64,000 nucleotides of DNA from Phoronis australis (lineage: Eukaryota > Animalia > Phoronida): assembly GCA_002633005.1 (NCBI GenBank), contig NMRA01000453.1, positions 298,116 to 362,115 of the forward strand. The letters are read 5' to 3'. The translations under genes and the position numbers were made by a program. Numbering within the stretch: position 1 is the stretch's first letter; the number at the start of each line of letters is the position of its first letter. Positions 11,701 through 22,700 of the stretch are shown one piece after another. The notes below the pieces were generated by a model, which made no database searches, was not told the origin of the DNA, and saw only the letters and a list, made by a program, of their open reading frames with translations.

Positions 11701-14700
11701 GAACTACAGTAACTAAAATGCCAACTACCGTGAATGACCCATCAGACCAATCTGATGAAAGTAAAAGACACGATTCGATTTAAGATATTTAGCCAACTTA
11801 ATTTTTTTGGAGATGACAAATGTTGGTATTTTGTCTTCTTTTTCCGCGAAAGGCGTTTACTTAGAAGGTGTAAGTCAATCAAACTTCTTGCAAAACACTG
11901 TACACAATTCAGGTCTGGTTCAATTCATTACTTCCTAGTTTCATTCATGTTTTGCAAATTTAAAAACCTCAAAACCAATTTTTGAACAAGTAGCCATTGG
12001 ACTCTTTCCTGTTAACCGTGATTCCTACTAGTTGCACTAGTTAGACTAACATGCACAGGAAGCTGTAATATGAAAAATGCATTGTAAAACCAATACGGGT
12101 ATGACTCGCACGATTCAATCAAGGCCATGAGCCTTTGTCGAGAACAAGGCCTGTGACTATATCCACAGCAAAACATCTTGCCACAAGCAACAGAAAGAGA
12201 CGTAAATGTTATCTCAAACCTTGGTCACAAAAATGTCCCTTTTTGTATTATTCCACATAAGGCTAGCATATATTTCACTCATGGAGAACCCCATGGAAAA
12301 AGTTTTTGCAGAACCAACCACCTTCAGCCGCGTAGAAATTTGTTTGCTACAGTACACATCCAACTTCAAAAGTTGAGGTGTCATTCAGAATCTAATCTCC
12401 TGCCACGCATTTGCAGTTCGGTATATCTACTCACAATTCACAGTTCTCCATTAACCGAGTCGCCATAATGTTGAATCAACAAAGTGTATTTGACAAAGCA
12501 AGATGCCGTGGTAGTTTTGGGAGTTGTGCGTCTGCGTACTTACGACCGCTAATAATGTACGGCCAACGCAACGAGTCGCCGCACGGCATCTGGCACTTTG
12601 TTTTCACCAACACGGGCACGCCGTGACTAAAGATAACCTCACACCCAACTTATCCATTTCATACGCTGTTTCGATCTGGTGCTTTAACCACATATATACT
12701 CGATTTCTATTCTCAATTCGTAGTTGGTGTCTAGGTGGCTTCCGTAGTTCATATGTTTTGCACAACAAATGCACTGTTGACCTACTAACTGTAGATCCTG
12801 TGACCGTTTGACTCGAGTCACCGAAACCCGACTTACAACATTAAAACTTTGTAGTACATGTAATAATTAAGTTAACTGTGCACTGCAACTTCAGATGATA
12901 CCGCGAGTAAATGTTGAAATACCAACAAGGTAATGACATGTACAGGTTATGTTGTCCAAACCGACTTTTCACCGAATGAATATGGACGATATCGTTGTAG
13001 ACGAGTCGACTGTTTCGACAAATCGACTTCATTTGAACTTAGGAATACACATTCTCAAAAAACGGTAGAGTGAATTTCATTGAAACTTTGTAACTTTGAA
13101 ATTAATTCATCAGTCTCAAAAACACTTTCAGGCTTTTCGTTTTAAATGCCAAGTTTTCGCGTACGGTTAGGATAGATGAATACGACTGCTATTTTTTACA
13201 AAAATATCTAAATGTAACGTTTAGGTCGGGCTAACGAATAACTAACGGTGAACTGCTGATAAACAAATAGAACACAAAGACAAAGCTTACAGAATACCTG
13301 ACTTGAAATATCCGCGCCATATTGAAATTCAGTTACCCGCCAGACGGCGATCAGTTTTTTGATGAACAATCGTTCAACGCCACTTACAGATCCCATGTAA
13401 TGCGGATGAGGGGTTTCAACCTGCTAGTATGTACATAGTTTTATCGTAATCTATTTTGACCGGGGTACGCCACGAGCTGTATGTTGCAGAGTAAAACAAG
13501 ATGAGGATTACGAAAAATGTCATTTATCTCGACATATGTCCCGAATAATAGATAAATGATACGTGCGTAGCAAGCTCGTTACCAGCGATGAAAAGGAGAC
13601 CGAGGTAGGCGATATAAGGTCATTTATTACGACTAATACAATTAAAATATAATGAATACAGATAAGTAACATAAAATGGTAATCTCTGGTAAGATGGGCA
13701 ATAAAAAGCGCCATTTATTGTGAAGTAAGTAGAAGAACTAAATAAGACTCTGCAAGATGGGACAGAGTTTTTAATTAAGACGTTTCCTGCTATTATAATG
13801 CCGGTGAATTTCTACTGCTGTGCGCTGGGATATACTAATGGCAGGCAAACCTTGTAAAATATAAATGGGTGAACGATGACATCGTTTTTCATACATTTGT
13901 CACTGCCAAAAAGCATCCGCCGGCAAAGCCAGTGGCCGTTGCTGATAAAGTGTGAGAATTTCGACCCCAGCTAGAGTCAACAAGCTAAAATAAATTCCTG
14001 AACTTGCGCTAATCAAACAATGGGAGGGGCCGACAGTGGAATTCATTCTTCTGCTTAAACACTAGTGGACCACTATGTAGTAATTAGATTTCTGTCTTCC
14101 AAAAAAAGTCGATATCGATGGGAAGTCACTTGCGCTCTCATTACACTAGAGAGCGCCAATGTGAAAAGTTCCCAATTAAAACTTGTCTTAGTTCACTTGT
14201 GACAGATATTAAACTTCTGCTGCTGTAGTTAAGGAAAGGAGAGACTATAGATATTTGTATTTTTGGTCTATAATCATAAATGGAAAGTTTGCTAGATAAA
14301 AATTGAATTCAATAGATGCTCTAAATAACATTGTCATTTTTACTTCTTGCTACTGGAACTTTTTGTTTTCGGCATCCAGTTGAAGTTCATCCAAGAACGC
14401 TTTAGTCGTATAACACTCAAGACGTGTTCATTCCCGATCTTCAGCCTCGAGCAACATTGCTCTCTCAAGATCCGTATTACTTTGAGATCGGTCTTCATTT
14501 GAATAACATACGTATGTTGAACACATACGTTGTGCAGTTACTGCGCCTACAAACCCTCGTTCATACCAAATAATCGAGCAACTTGTTTTAATAGACCACT
14601 TATCACTATAAAACTCGTTTCAACTAGTTCATTACTCTAATCACGATGCATGACGTAGTTGGGCTAAGTTCGATCAAAGAGCGAAGGTAGAAGATTCCTA

Positions 14701-15284
14701 ATATAATGGGAACAGAGTAACTCTAAACTGAACAGTCCACAAGGGCTGTCTGTAACCACATTCTGGATACACTGCAGTCTTTTTGTGAACAAATTACGTA
14801 TACATCTAGATTGAACGTTGTTACGACTTTGCATTTAGTTTGTAATATTGAATATTTTAATACAAGAGGTAACTACAGAACACCATAAAGAGTTCAAAGA
14901 CTGGTAAGATACCTGTATACAACATTATAAACGTAATGTCGTTGACAGTGACCCTAACCGCTATTACTTGTGGTAAGTGTATCGTTGCATCTATGTTTAG
15001 AGGCTCCCGATGAGCCGTGTGTCACTACCACTGCAGGACTCGCAACAACCACAACTCCAAGCCAGGCGAAACAACTGAACACCGTTGCATACTCTAAGAA
15101 CACAGCTGGCAAGACAACGCAACTGACAACCATTGCATCCACAACTGGTTCATCGCCGAACAACGGAGAAACTGATAAAACAAAGCATGCGTTAGAATCC
15201 GTCTCGGCCGCTGGTAGATGGCATGCAAATTTAAGTCTGATCTCATTCTCGCTATTCGTACGTGTATTGTTTTCATTCATGTAA
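2536..15284 (+). CDS. CAP/SCP (CRISP/GLIPR1-like) protein with EGF-like and ShKT domains, Thr-rich stalk and probable GPI signal; join(2536..2757,5485..5730,5898..6019,6309..6400,11329..11526,15001..15284), 387 aa
   Basis: All introns are GT-AG with matching phases (0,0,2,1,1); the joined CDS is 1164 nt and open. CAP motifs HNYYR, WDDGLA, CDFEH, GQNL, WYNE, CGHYAQVVW, LGC, YLVCHYGPPGN. An extra exon could be hidden in the 9607-10573 gap. Confidence 0.88.
3131..3293. repeat. Dispersed repeat with a 15-bp terminal hairpin; inverted copy at 10779-10946
   Basis: GGCGCAAAGCTGTAT (3138-3152) pairs with ATACAGCTTTGCGCC (3164-3178); the body is the reverse complement of 10779-10946. Confidence 0.75.
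5485..5730 (+). CDS. CAP gene exon 2
   Basis: TTTTAG acceptor; YWDDGLAAQANAWAKKCDFEH..VGQNLGW..WYNEKRYY..CSGVCGHYAQ; GTAAAA donor. Confidence 0.93.
5898..6019 (+). CDS. CAP gene exon 3
   Basis: TTTTTAG acceptor; VVWGTSKYLGCSFVRC..YYLVCHYGPP; GTAAGT donor. Confidence 0.93.
6309..6400 (+). CDS. CAP gene exon 4 (Cys-rich hinge)
   Basis: TTTCAG acceptor; GNKKGTRPYTKGSNCTRCDSGTYFCDSGLC; GTAAGT donor. Confidence 0.92.
7466..7673. mobile_element. MITE, probably Tc1/mariner-pogo type
   Basis: Terminal inverted repeats GTAAAATCTCACCAATTTCGGAC / GTCCTAAATTGGTGAGATTTTAC, flanked by TA. Confidence 0.65.
10779..10946. repeat. Inverted copy of the 3131-3293 repeat
   Basis: For example, CCCATATCGGCGCAAAGCTGTATATTTAGT closely matches the reverse complement of ACTAAATATACAGCTTTGCGCCGATGTGGG. 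Confidence 0.75.
11329..11526 (+). CDS. CAP gene exon 5 (EGF-like + ShKT)
   Basis: TTTTTCAG acceptor; CEAQCENC..CKCLCKKGYIGQRC then CRNNHANC..WWPSNC..YCPAMCKTC (ShK-type CxxxCxxC end); GTAAGA donor; phase 1-1. Confidence 0.9.
13798..13972 (+). mobile_element. Degenerate THAP-domain fragment (DNA transposon remnant)
   Basis: MPVNFYCCALGYTN..IVFHTF..KKHP..QW..IKCENFDP across frameshifts resembles the N-terminal half of a THAP finger. Confidence 0.45.
15001..15284 (+). CDS. CAP gene last exon (Thr-rich stalk and GPI-like hydrophobic tail)
   Basis: TTTAG acceptor in phase 1; EAPDEPCVTTTAGLATTTT..SVSAAG..LSLISFSLFVRVLFSFM, then stop. Confidence 0.82.
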
Positions 15285-16459
15285 CAGTTGAATTTTACTA
15301 CTTTAATTTCGCTTTTCTATTTGCGATTAAAGTTTGGACGAGGCAAACGTTGGTTTTCAGAACTTAAAATGCTATAGTGACCGAAATTAGGGGCGGATCC
15401 AGGATTTTGAGTAAGGGGTCCAAGATCAGAATAACGATAACGTCACAAGCCAAGCTGAAGTCCGTGAGATACGGACGCAACGTCGATAATTTTTGTAAGT
15501 TTTTATTCCACTATTAGACTCAAACTTTATTTATTTCATGACTTGTATGTCGGATTTGTCGATGAGGCAATGAATAATCGCTAAAAAGTGTTTTTTTTAA
15601 GTCTACACCCTGCAGATGCAAATGATGATATTCTTTTGATAACAAGTATATATTTTTTTATCTTCCCAAACACGCGCAAGATCACCATGAGTTTCAAAGA
15701 ATTGAAAGGCTTTTTTCATTTTGCTTGATTTTCCGTGGTTTTGCGAGTCTTGCCTATTTCAGTATAGAATGCACCAAAGGTTGTACACATGCAAACAAAT
15801 CATGTGGACGACAAGCACCTACCGATCGATCGACCAGAGAGCAACAGCTTTTACTATCTCTCCATAAGGCAAAAACGCACTAGCATATACATGTAACCAC
15901 AGTCGCTACTACAACAGTTGTACAGCTGTTGAGAACAGCGCAGGCCCTGATAAGGGTACCGACGAACGACCCGATCATCCAGGCCATGCAGTTCACTACA
16001 GAACTGGAATATATTATTTGTTTGAAACTTATAGGCTAAATGGTCACAAAACTTAATGTTTGCAGTATCACAAACCTAATATTCATTTGGTTCACATAAC
16101 TACAGTCTTAGTAAAATGTTGTAAAACATGTTTTGGAAAAATAACAGTGCACAGAATCCTACGACATTGACAACATAATCAAACTTCCTTTGACACATGT
16201 ATAATTATTTGAGACAAAATCCCACAAACGTTCTAGGTTTGTCAAAGAATTTTCGTGCTTATTTTGTTTAACTTTGTACTGTACTTTCATTATAAGGCCT
16301 ATTTCATTTGCCATGCAATATGTAAAAAAGTGATGGTGAAAGGGCAAAATCCACTGAAACGGCACGCACTACTGGGCAAATGAAATTGTGACAAATTTTC
16401 ATTACTCAGCTGCTTTTGATTGTTTGATAAATTCGACATTTCGATATGCGTAGACTTAC

Positions 16460-16798
16460 TCATCGTTCATATGATGGAGTATACGTAAAGATGTAAATTG
16501 CCATAGTAGCCGTTATAAAGAAAAATACGTAGAAAAATAACTGATCCATTACTGTACCAACCAGCTGCCATTCCTCAACAATGACGGCCTCAGCTTCTTT
16601 CTTTTGGAACATTTCTTGCAGGTCAGAAACTGCAAGCATTATTCGTTTTAGGTAATATTCGGCCAACGAAGACTTTCGATCGATGTCTTCGATCTGCATG
16701 TTGTTTTGTTCTAAGGTGACATCTTCAATGTGGTCGTTTATGTGAGTGTCCCTCCCCGCTACCGCATTTAATGTTTTCAGACGTTCAAGTGGATGTAC
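16460..16798 (-). CDS. nAChR copy A exon 8 (MA helix, M4, stop)
   Basis: ..[30 protein letters not shown]..; acceptor TTTTTTCAG. Confidence 0.92.
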   Translation of the reverse strand, partial: VHPLERLKTLNAVAGRDTHINDHIEDVTLEQNNMQIEDIDRKSSLAEYYLKRIMLAVSDLQEMFQKKEAEAVIVEEWQLVGTVMDQLFFYVFFFITATMAIYIFTYTPSYER

Positions 16799-19700
16799 CT
16801 GAAAAAACAACGATGAACAATTTTTAATCGGAAGTACACGTGCATATATGCATGAAGAACACTTCTGCTATCGATTAAGCGAAATTTCAAAAAACCTCCA
16901 TCACGTATCTCTAGCCTACTTGAAGATATACCGACAGTGTGATTCCAGCGACAGTTGCTTTTAAATTCCAATCTAAACTTTAGGGCCTTTCATACTAACG
17001 TCGACGCGTCGATGGTTTGGAGGATTGCCTTTAGTATGAACGCTTAACTTCGGTCCTGGACCGAAGTAAACAGCTCCAAGTAACACCGCAGTTAACATGT
17101 TGATTTAACAGCGCAGCGTCGACGCTGCGGTGCCGAATGAATGGTCAACTTCGGTCCCATCGAAGTTATCGCCAGGTGCCACTGTTATCGTCAACATTTT
17201 AAGTGTAGTGTAGTCGCTAGTAGTTCCTTATATTTTGCTCGAATAATCTCCAGTCAAATTAAAATAAGTTTTATGTCAATTAGCCGGCATGTAAATGCTC
17301 CCAAATTGTCACATTGAAAAAAATCTCAGCGTGCAGCGCTACCTTGCGATTACTTCGACGACAACAGCGTCACCTGCCGTTTACTTCGATGTTCCTTAAC
17401 TACCGAAGCCAGTATGAACGGTTTAGTTAATTTCGCAGTTAACGTCGACTCTCCGCTTAGACCGGAGTTAAGTCAGTATGAACTTGAATCGGTAAAATGA
17501 GTCTGGAGGCTCACCAAAACTGAACAGCAACCTGGTGGTTCCAGAAATGCATCATGAGACGCGCTTCGGAAATGTGTACAAAGTATCGCCCCCTTACGGC
17601 GATCACCGCAGATGATTAAAAATGGGCGCGTTTAATTAAATATACAGAGTTAAACCCTTTTGTATTGAGTATGGCCTCCTATTTGACTGCTATTTTTGCT
17701 ATTCCTTACTCGAAAACTAAATGCGATGACATATTAAGGTATCGTATAGGCTAGAAGTCGGTCCTAGTATTTTGAATCACAATACTTATCAAGGCAACAC
17801 TGTCGCGTGTGGTATTGATTTAATGAGAAGGAAGTGGTATGCAACGGTAACCATCGTCATTCGAACGTAATACTCGAATCCTTAGCTGCTGGGTCACTTT
17901 TGTCCGTAATTGAGGAATATCAAGTGCTTCTTGTGCTTGACCCTCCACTGCCATGATCTGCGAGTGACTGTGTTGTTTGAAATTACTTGCAATTGCTTAA
18001 AATCAAACATTCTTTGCCTATTCCAATGCTCTTACTCCGCATGTCCTTAAACATAACTTACTTTTGAAATTTTGCTTTCGTTATGACATGCTAGTGTTTG
18101 TCTAACCATATATTTCCTGCAGGTAATTGTAGCCACCCAGTCAAGTGCGATTTTCTTCAGCCAAGGGGGTATTCTTCGCCCATGAGAGCCGCCGTGATGT
18201 GTTGCCAAAATAAGCACGGAGAAGACCGTAGATAATGCCACGAGGATGATTGAAGCAGCAAAGAATTTTCCTAAAAAACATCCATCCACATGTAACGCAA
18301 TATGAATGAATGTATTTTATGTCAATAGTGGAATTATAGTTTTAATTTCCTTTCTAACATTCTCAATAGTGATTGATCAGGAACACATGAACACAAAAAC
18401 GACAACTTATAACAAAGTTACCGGAATGATACTTTGAAATTCTTGTTTCATTGTAAAACTGACATCCAAATGAGACAGTTGCACCACTCGGAGGCTAATT
18501 GAGGTGGCGTATCTCACGTTATTGTCGGCTACATAATGAAACAAGTCAAGGTGCTGTTATATCATATTAACATATACATAGTACATTAACTAGCAAAGGG
18601 CCATTTGAAGTCGACGAAACATTGGCTATTGCACAAATGGATCATTTATAACATCGGCGATCATATGCTGATGATACTACCCTGATGTCTGTGAGTGACT
18701 AAAGCCAAATCAATAAGTTACCCACCCCTTGAAGAGGTCTCGTATTACTAAAGCTATGCGATCACGTAAAAGTACTACATGGACTGCAGAGGACATCAGG
18801 TATTCATGCGCCGATATCTTCCGCATGACCCTCAACTGGAGATAGACGAAGTGGCGGTTACGCCTAGGGTGAGTTTACAAAAACAAAAGTGTACATGCAA
18901 CTAAGCTGTGTTATAAAATTGTATGTGCACAATCTTGCCATCATTTTAAAAATTTCTTGGGACTTTGCTACCTACCCCATTACCTATTTCGGAAGTTTTG
19001 CACTCACTAGTACTAAGCAACATTAGCACCAGAAGCATTGGGGTGGTATCATATCTGTCAGTGCAATGCACCGGAGCCGAGATCACATTGAACTGCAACT
19101 TGAGGGGACTTACAATGTCTGTTAAATTTACGCAGGTGACGAAACACCATCTGAACTACACCAAACCGGTGTAGAGAGAATGTATCTACAAGAAAACTAC
19201 AACGTCGAAACACAACGGCGCTACAGAACTCGAGAAAAAAAATGGCAATTGGTCGTGAATGACATTTGCAGAAGCCAGGGAATCGTTATCGTGAAAGTAG
19301 TAACCACAAGTGATACGCCTGTGTAACTACACTCTTGTCCCCAGCGGGAGAAACCAACATGGACACATGACAGCCTCGCTTGGCGTCACAACCAAAGGCT
19401 AATACCCACATGCCAATCAATGCACAGAACACGGGAGACGGAATGACCCGGGGATGAAGACACAACAACAGGTGGAAGCAATTCACTTAACCACTACCGA
19501 TAGCACTGGCAGATCTATCTAGAAAGCGACCAATGAAAACACCCGAGAGACAAAGATAATGACTGGTCGAGAAATTCCACCAATATAACTTTCCATCTCA
19601 GACTAGGAACTGCAACACGTCCAAATTCCACACTCTAACGTTATTAAGAATGAAGAGCTATCTATGCCAAAAGAACAACGTATTTCAACACCAAAAACAG

Positions 19701-22700
19701 GAAAAATGTGCACATATGGAGATCTAGATCGACACTCAATGCACGAACAGAGGTTGGTTCACACTATGCTTTTCCCAGGAAAATCGACACATCATTTTCT
19801 GGGCCATCTGAAAGACAGAAAGACCACACTTGACAAAGCTGTGACAACAGAAATTCGTACACGGTACTTTGCTTGACTAAGCGGGAACAACTAATTCTTA
19901 CTCAGATGTAGACTAACAAGCGTTTTTCTCTCTGGTGCCTTGCTGTAGGACGGTCAAGGTATCGATCTATGAATATTTTCAAGTTCAGGCTAATATTGAA
20001 CAATTTTAATACCCCTATTTTACCTGTATACTAGTCTCTTACTGATTTGTGTCATGTTCTAGTTAACGTTTTAATTGTGCATGTTAAATTTTCTACACCA
20101 CCTTTTTAAATTGACTTGTCTTTATTACTACTACCACTACTAATTCTACTGCTGCTGCTGCTGTTGCTGCTGCTGTTACTGCTGGTGCAACTCTTGTTGC
20201 TGCTGCTGCTGCTACTACTGCTGCTGCTGCTGCTGCTGCTACTGGTACTAACTGCCCGAGTGCCAAGACGAGGGATATGGGGTGTTAAACGATCTGATAA
20301 CACTTTGTTTAACAGGCTCATCTCTGTTCCAATGTCACGACACCTCATGCAAATCAAGCAAACGTTTGATGTCTATCACCTCAACGTGAAGTCAACTGAA
20401 GACAAGTGAGATCACAATACAGCTGCACACGCTAACTACATGTACAATATGAAGATCAGTCTTGTTCAAAAGGTCTTAGATGTGGCAATTACCAAGTTTT
20501 CAACATCCTCAAAGATTTACTCATCCTGAAACACCTTATACTGAAGTGTGTGTTGAAGAGGCCATGCAAGGCCAACTTTCTAAAACGTAATATGTGGAAT
20601 CCTGTCTGGTTAACTATTCAGAATCGCCCATCTGTTGACTCCCAGACAATTATGTACAAGTGAAAGATGCGCCGCAGAAGATGGTGAGCTGTTCATAGTG
20701 CACAATACCCACGACCTTCTCCTGTTGATGTGGATTCTCAGTCATTCACCTCAGACAGCCTCCATCTCTAGCATCGATCTCCCCATACCAACAGCGTATG
20801 GTACGTGAAGCCATCGCCAAAATTCACCGAGGAACTTGATTGTGTTTTACATGTAGCTGCATCACTGTTTCATGACTGCACGGATGCAACTAGGTACATG
20901 TATTTAAAGGAGAATGCCACCCGATTTAATTAGTCTTTTATAACGTCTTAATCTGTCTATATACACATCGCCTCTTATACAGTTGACCTCACCTTGCCGT
21001 GAAGTGTCGCGTTAACCTGCGAGGAAGGTGAGAAACGACACAGCGACGTCAGTGGTTCGTCTACAGAGTGAATACCGCTATATCGCGGTGCATCGTTCCC
21101 GCTTGTCCGAAATATGAAGCTGCGAAGAAAGCGGGTATATCGTTTTTTCGACTTCCTCGAGTGTCCGAAATGCTTAGGAAGAGGCTCGCGGTAGTGAAGA
21201 ATGAAAGGTACGCTGTTAATAACAAGTATGAGGTCGTGAAAAATCTCCGTGTCTGTGGCAGGCATTTCGTCGACAGTGATTTCTCTGACGAATTCCGGCT
21301 TACCAAAGAACTATCTATAAGTTCCGTTGCCTGTTTATGTTCACGGCGCCTCTAGTATTTCTTGATCAGTGTATTCGAATTGATAGCTTGTGAAACCTAA
21401 CGATCCGATCCGTGAAGTCTTCGTCCAATGAGCTCTTGACTAACTACATGTAAGTCGGGCGAGTTGCCATGTAGACTTATTATTCTGCGTTCTGTCTCAA
21501 AATGAATTATTCTCATCCTAACCAAGGCTTATATAAAACTGAAACAAAGTCTGTCTCATTAAAGCTATGGTCACACGTTAGGGGAATCTTTATTCAGAAA
21601 TACAAATACATTATTTAAGTCATTGTTACTGTACAACCTTTGCCCTGACAGTGTGTGGAAGGGGAACCCCGACTCCGCGGCCCCCGACGACAAGTAAGTA
21701 GATTTTCAGTTTCGTGGCTAATTCCCATTATTTCTTTGGCTCACTATTGTAGTCTTTTCGTGACTGGAGGTTTAGTTTCCAACTAAAGCTGATTTATGTT
21801 CGTGCCAGTCCCAGCGGCCTCGACGGGCCTGATCGGGTTCCGAGCCACTGGTCTGGATAACAAGCGTTTTGTGTGTTTAGAACTCAAAAAAATCATCAGT
21901 CTAAACAACACAGTTCTAGGTTCTCCTGTCTGGATTTCACGGAAGAATAGGACTACTTCGACTGCATCTCCGCACAGTCCCCAAACTCCTACTATGGACC
22001 TTGGTAAATTGGCCGGCCGAACTTTGTAGTCTACGGTGTGCCCAAATACCAATGAATCCGCAACAAAACAACACGTTTTTATAAGAACTCAGGGTATTTA
22101 TAAGGGTTTTACATCGAAGTTTGATTATTTATTGGTGTTAAACGATGAATTCAAGCGATAACCTGACACCAGTAACCCGTGTTGTGAACTGCTGAACGGA
22201 CTGCGTGTGAAACCAATTGCGTCATTGGATAATTTCAACACCTCCGTCTGCCGTCAGGTGTCAGGTAACGCAACCGAACGTGCCGTTATCGAGTATAACT
22301 ACTCGATCTAAATTGATACAAAATGGGTTGTTTTTTGGGTGGCATTCTCCTTTAATGTAAAAACACAAACACGTGTTCTACGTTACCAATTAAAGGAACA
22401 GCAGCTGAATTTGGAGGCATCGTCTCTGCCACAAGCAGCAAGAACACCGTCAATGAGAGCATGCACGTGACTAGCAGCGATACTTTCTCTCCTGAGTCTG
22501 GTGGAAGGAGAAACCCCATGGCGGTAGTAGCGATGATTACAACACACGGCAGCAGTAAGTTGAAAATATAGAACAGCGGACGTCTCCGCATTACAATTGA
22601 GAAGGTCAATGTTGCGTATGGCTCAGGGCAACAACCATAGAATTCCACTTTTCTGGAAAAACAGGATAAATGCATCATTAGTTCAGTCCGTGTATATCAT

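Noticed and set aside
17820-17960. Possible extra M3-M4 loop exon in nAChR A
   Set aside because: The acceptor and frame are not conserved in copy B, and exons 7 and 8 already join in frame.
20106-20409. Poly-Leu/Ser ORFs (also poly-Ile at 29033-29282 and poly-Ala/Leu at 56686-57013)
   Set aside because: They are translations of trinucleotide microsatellites.
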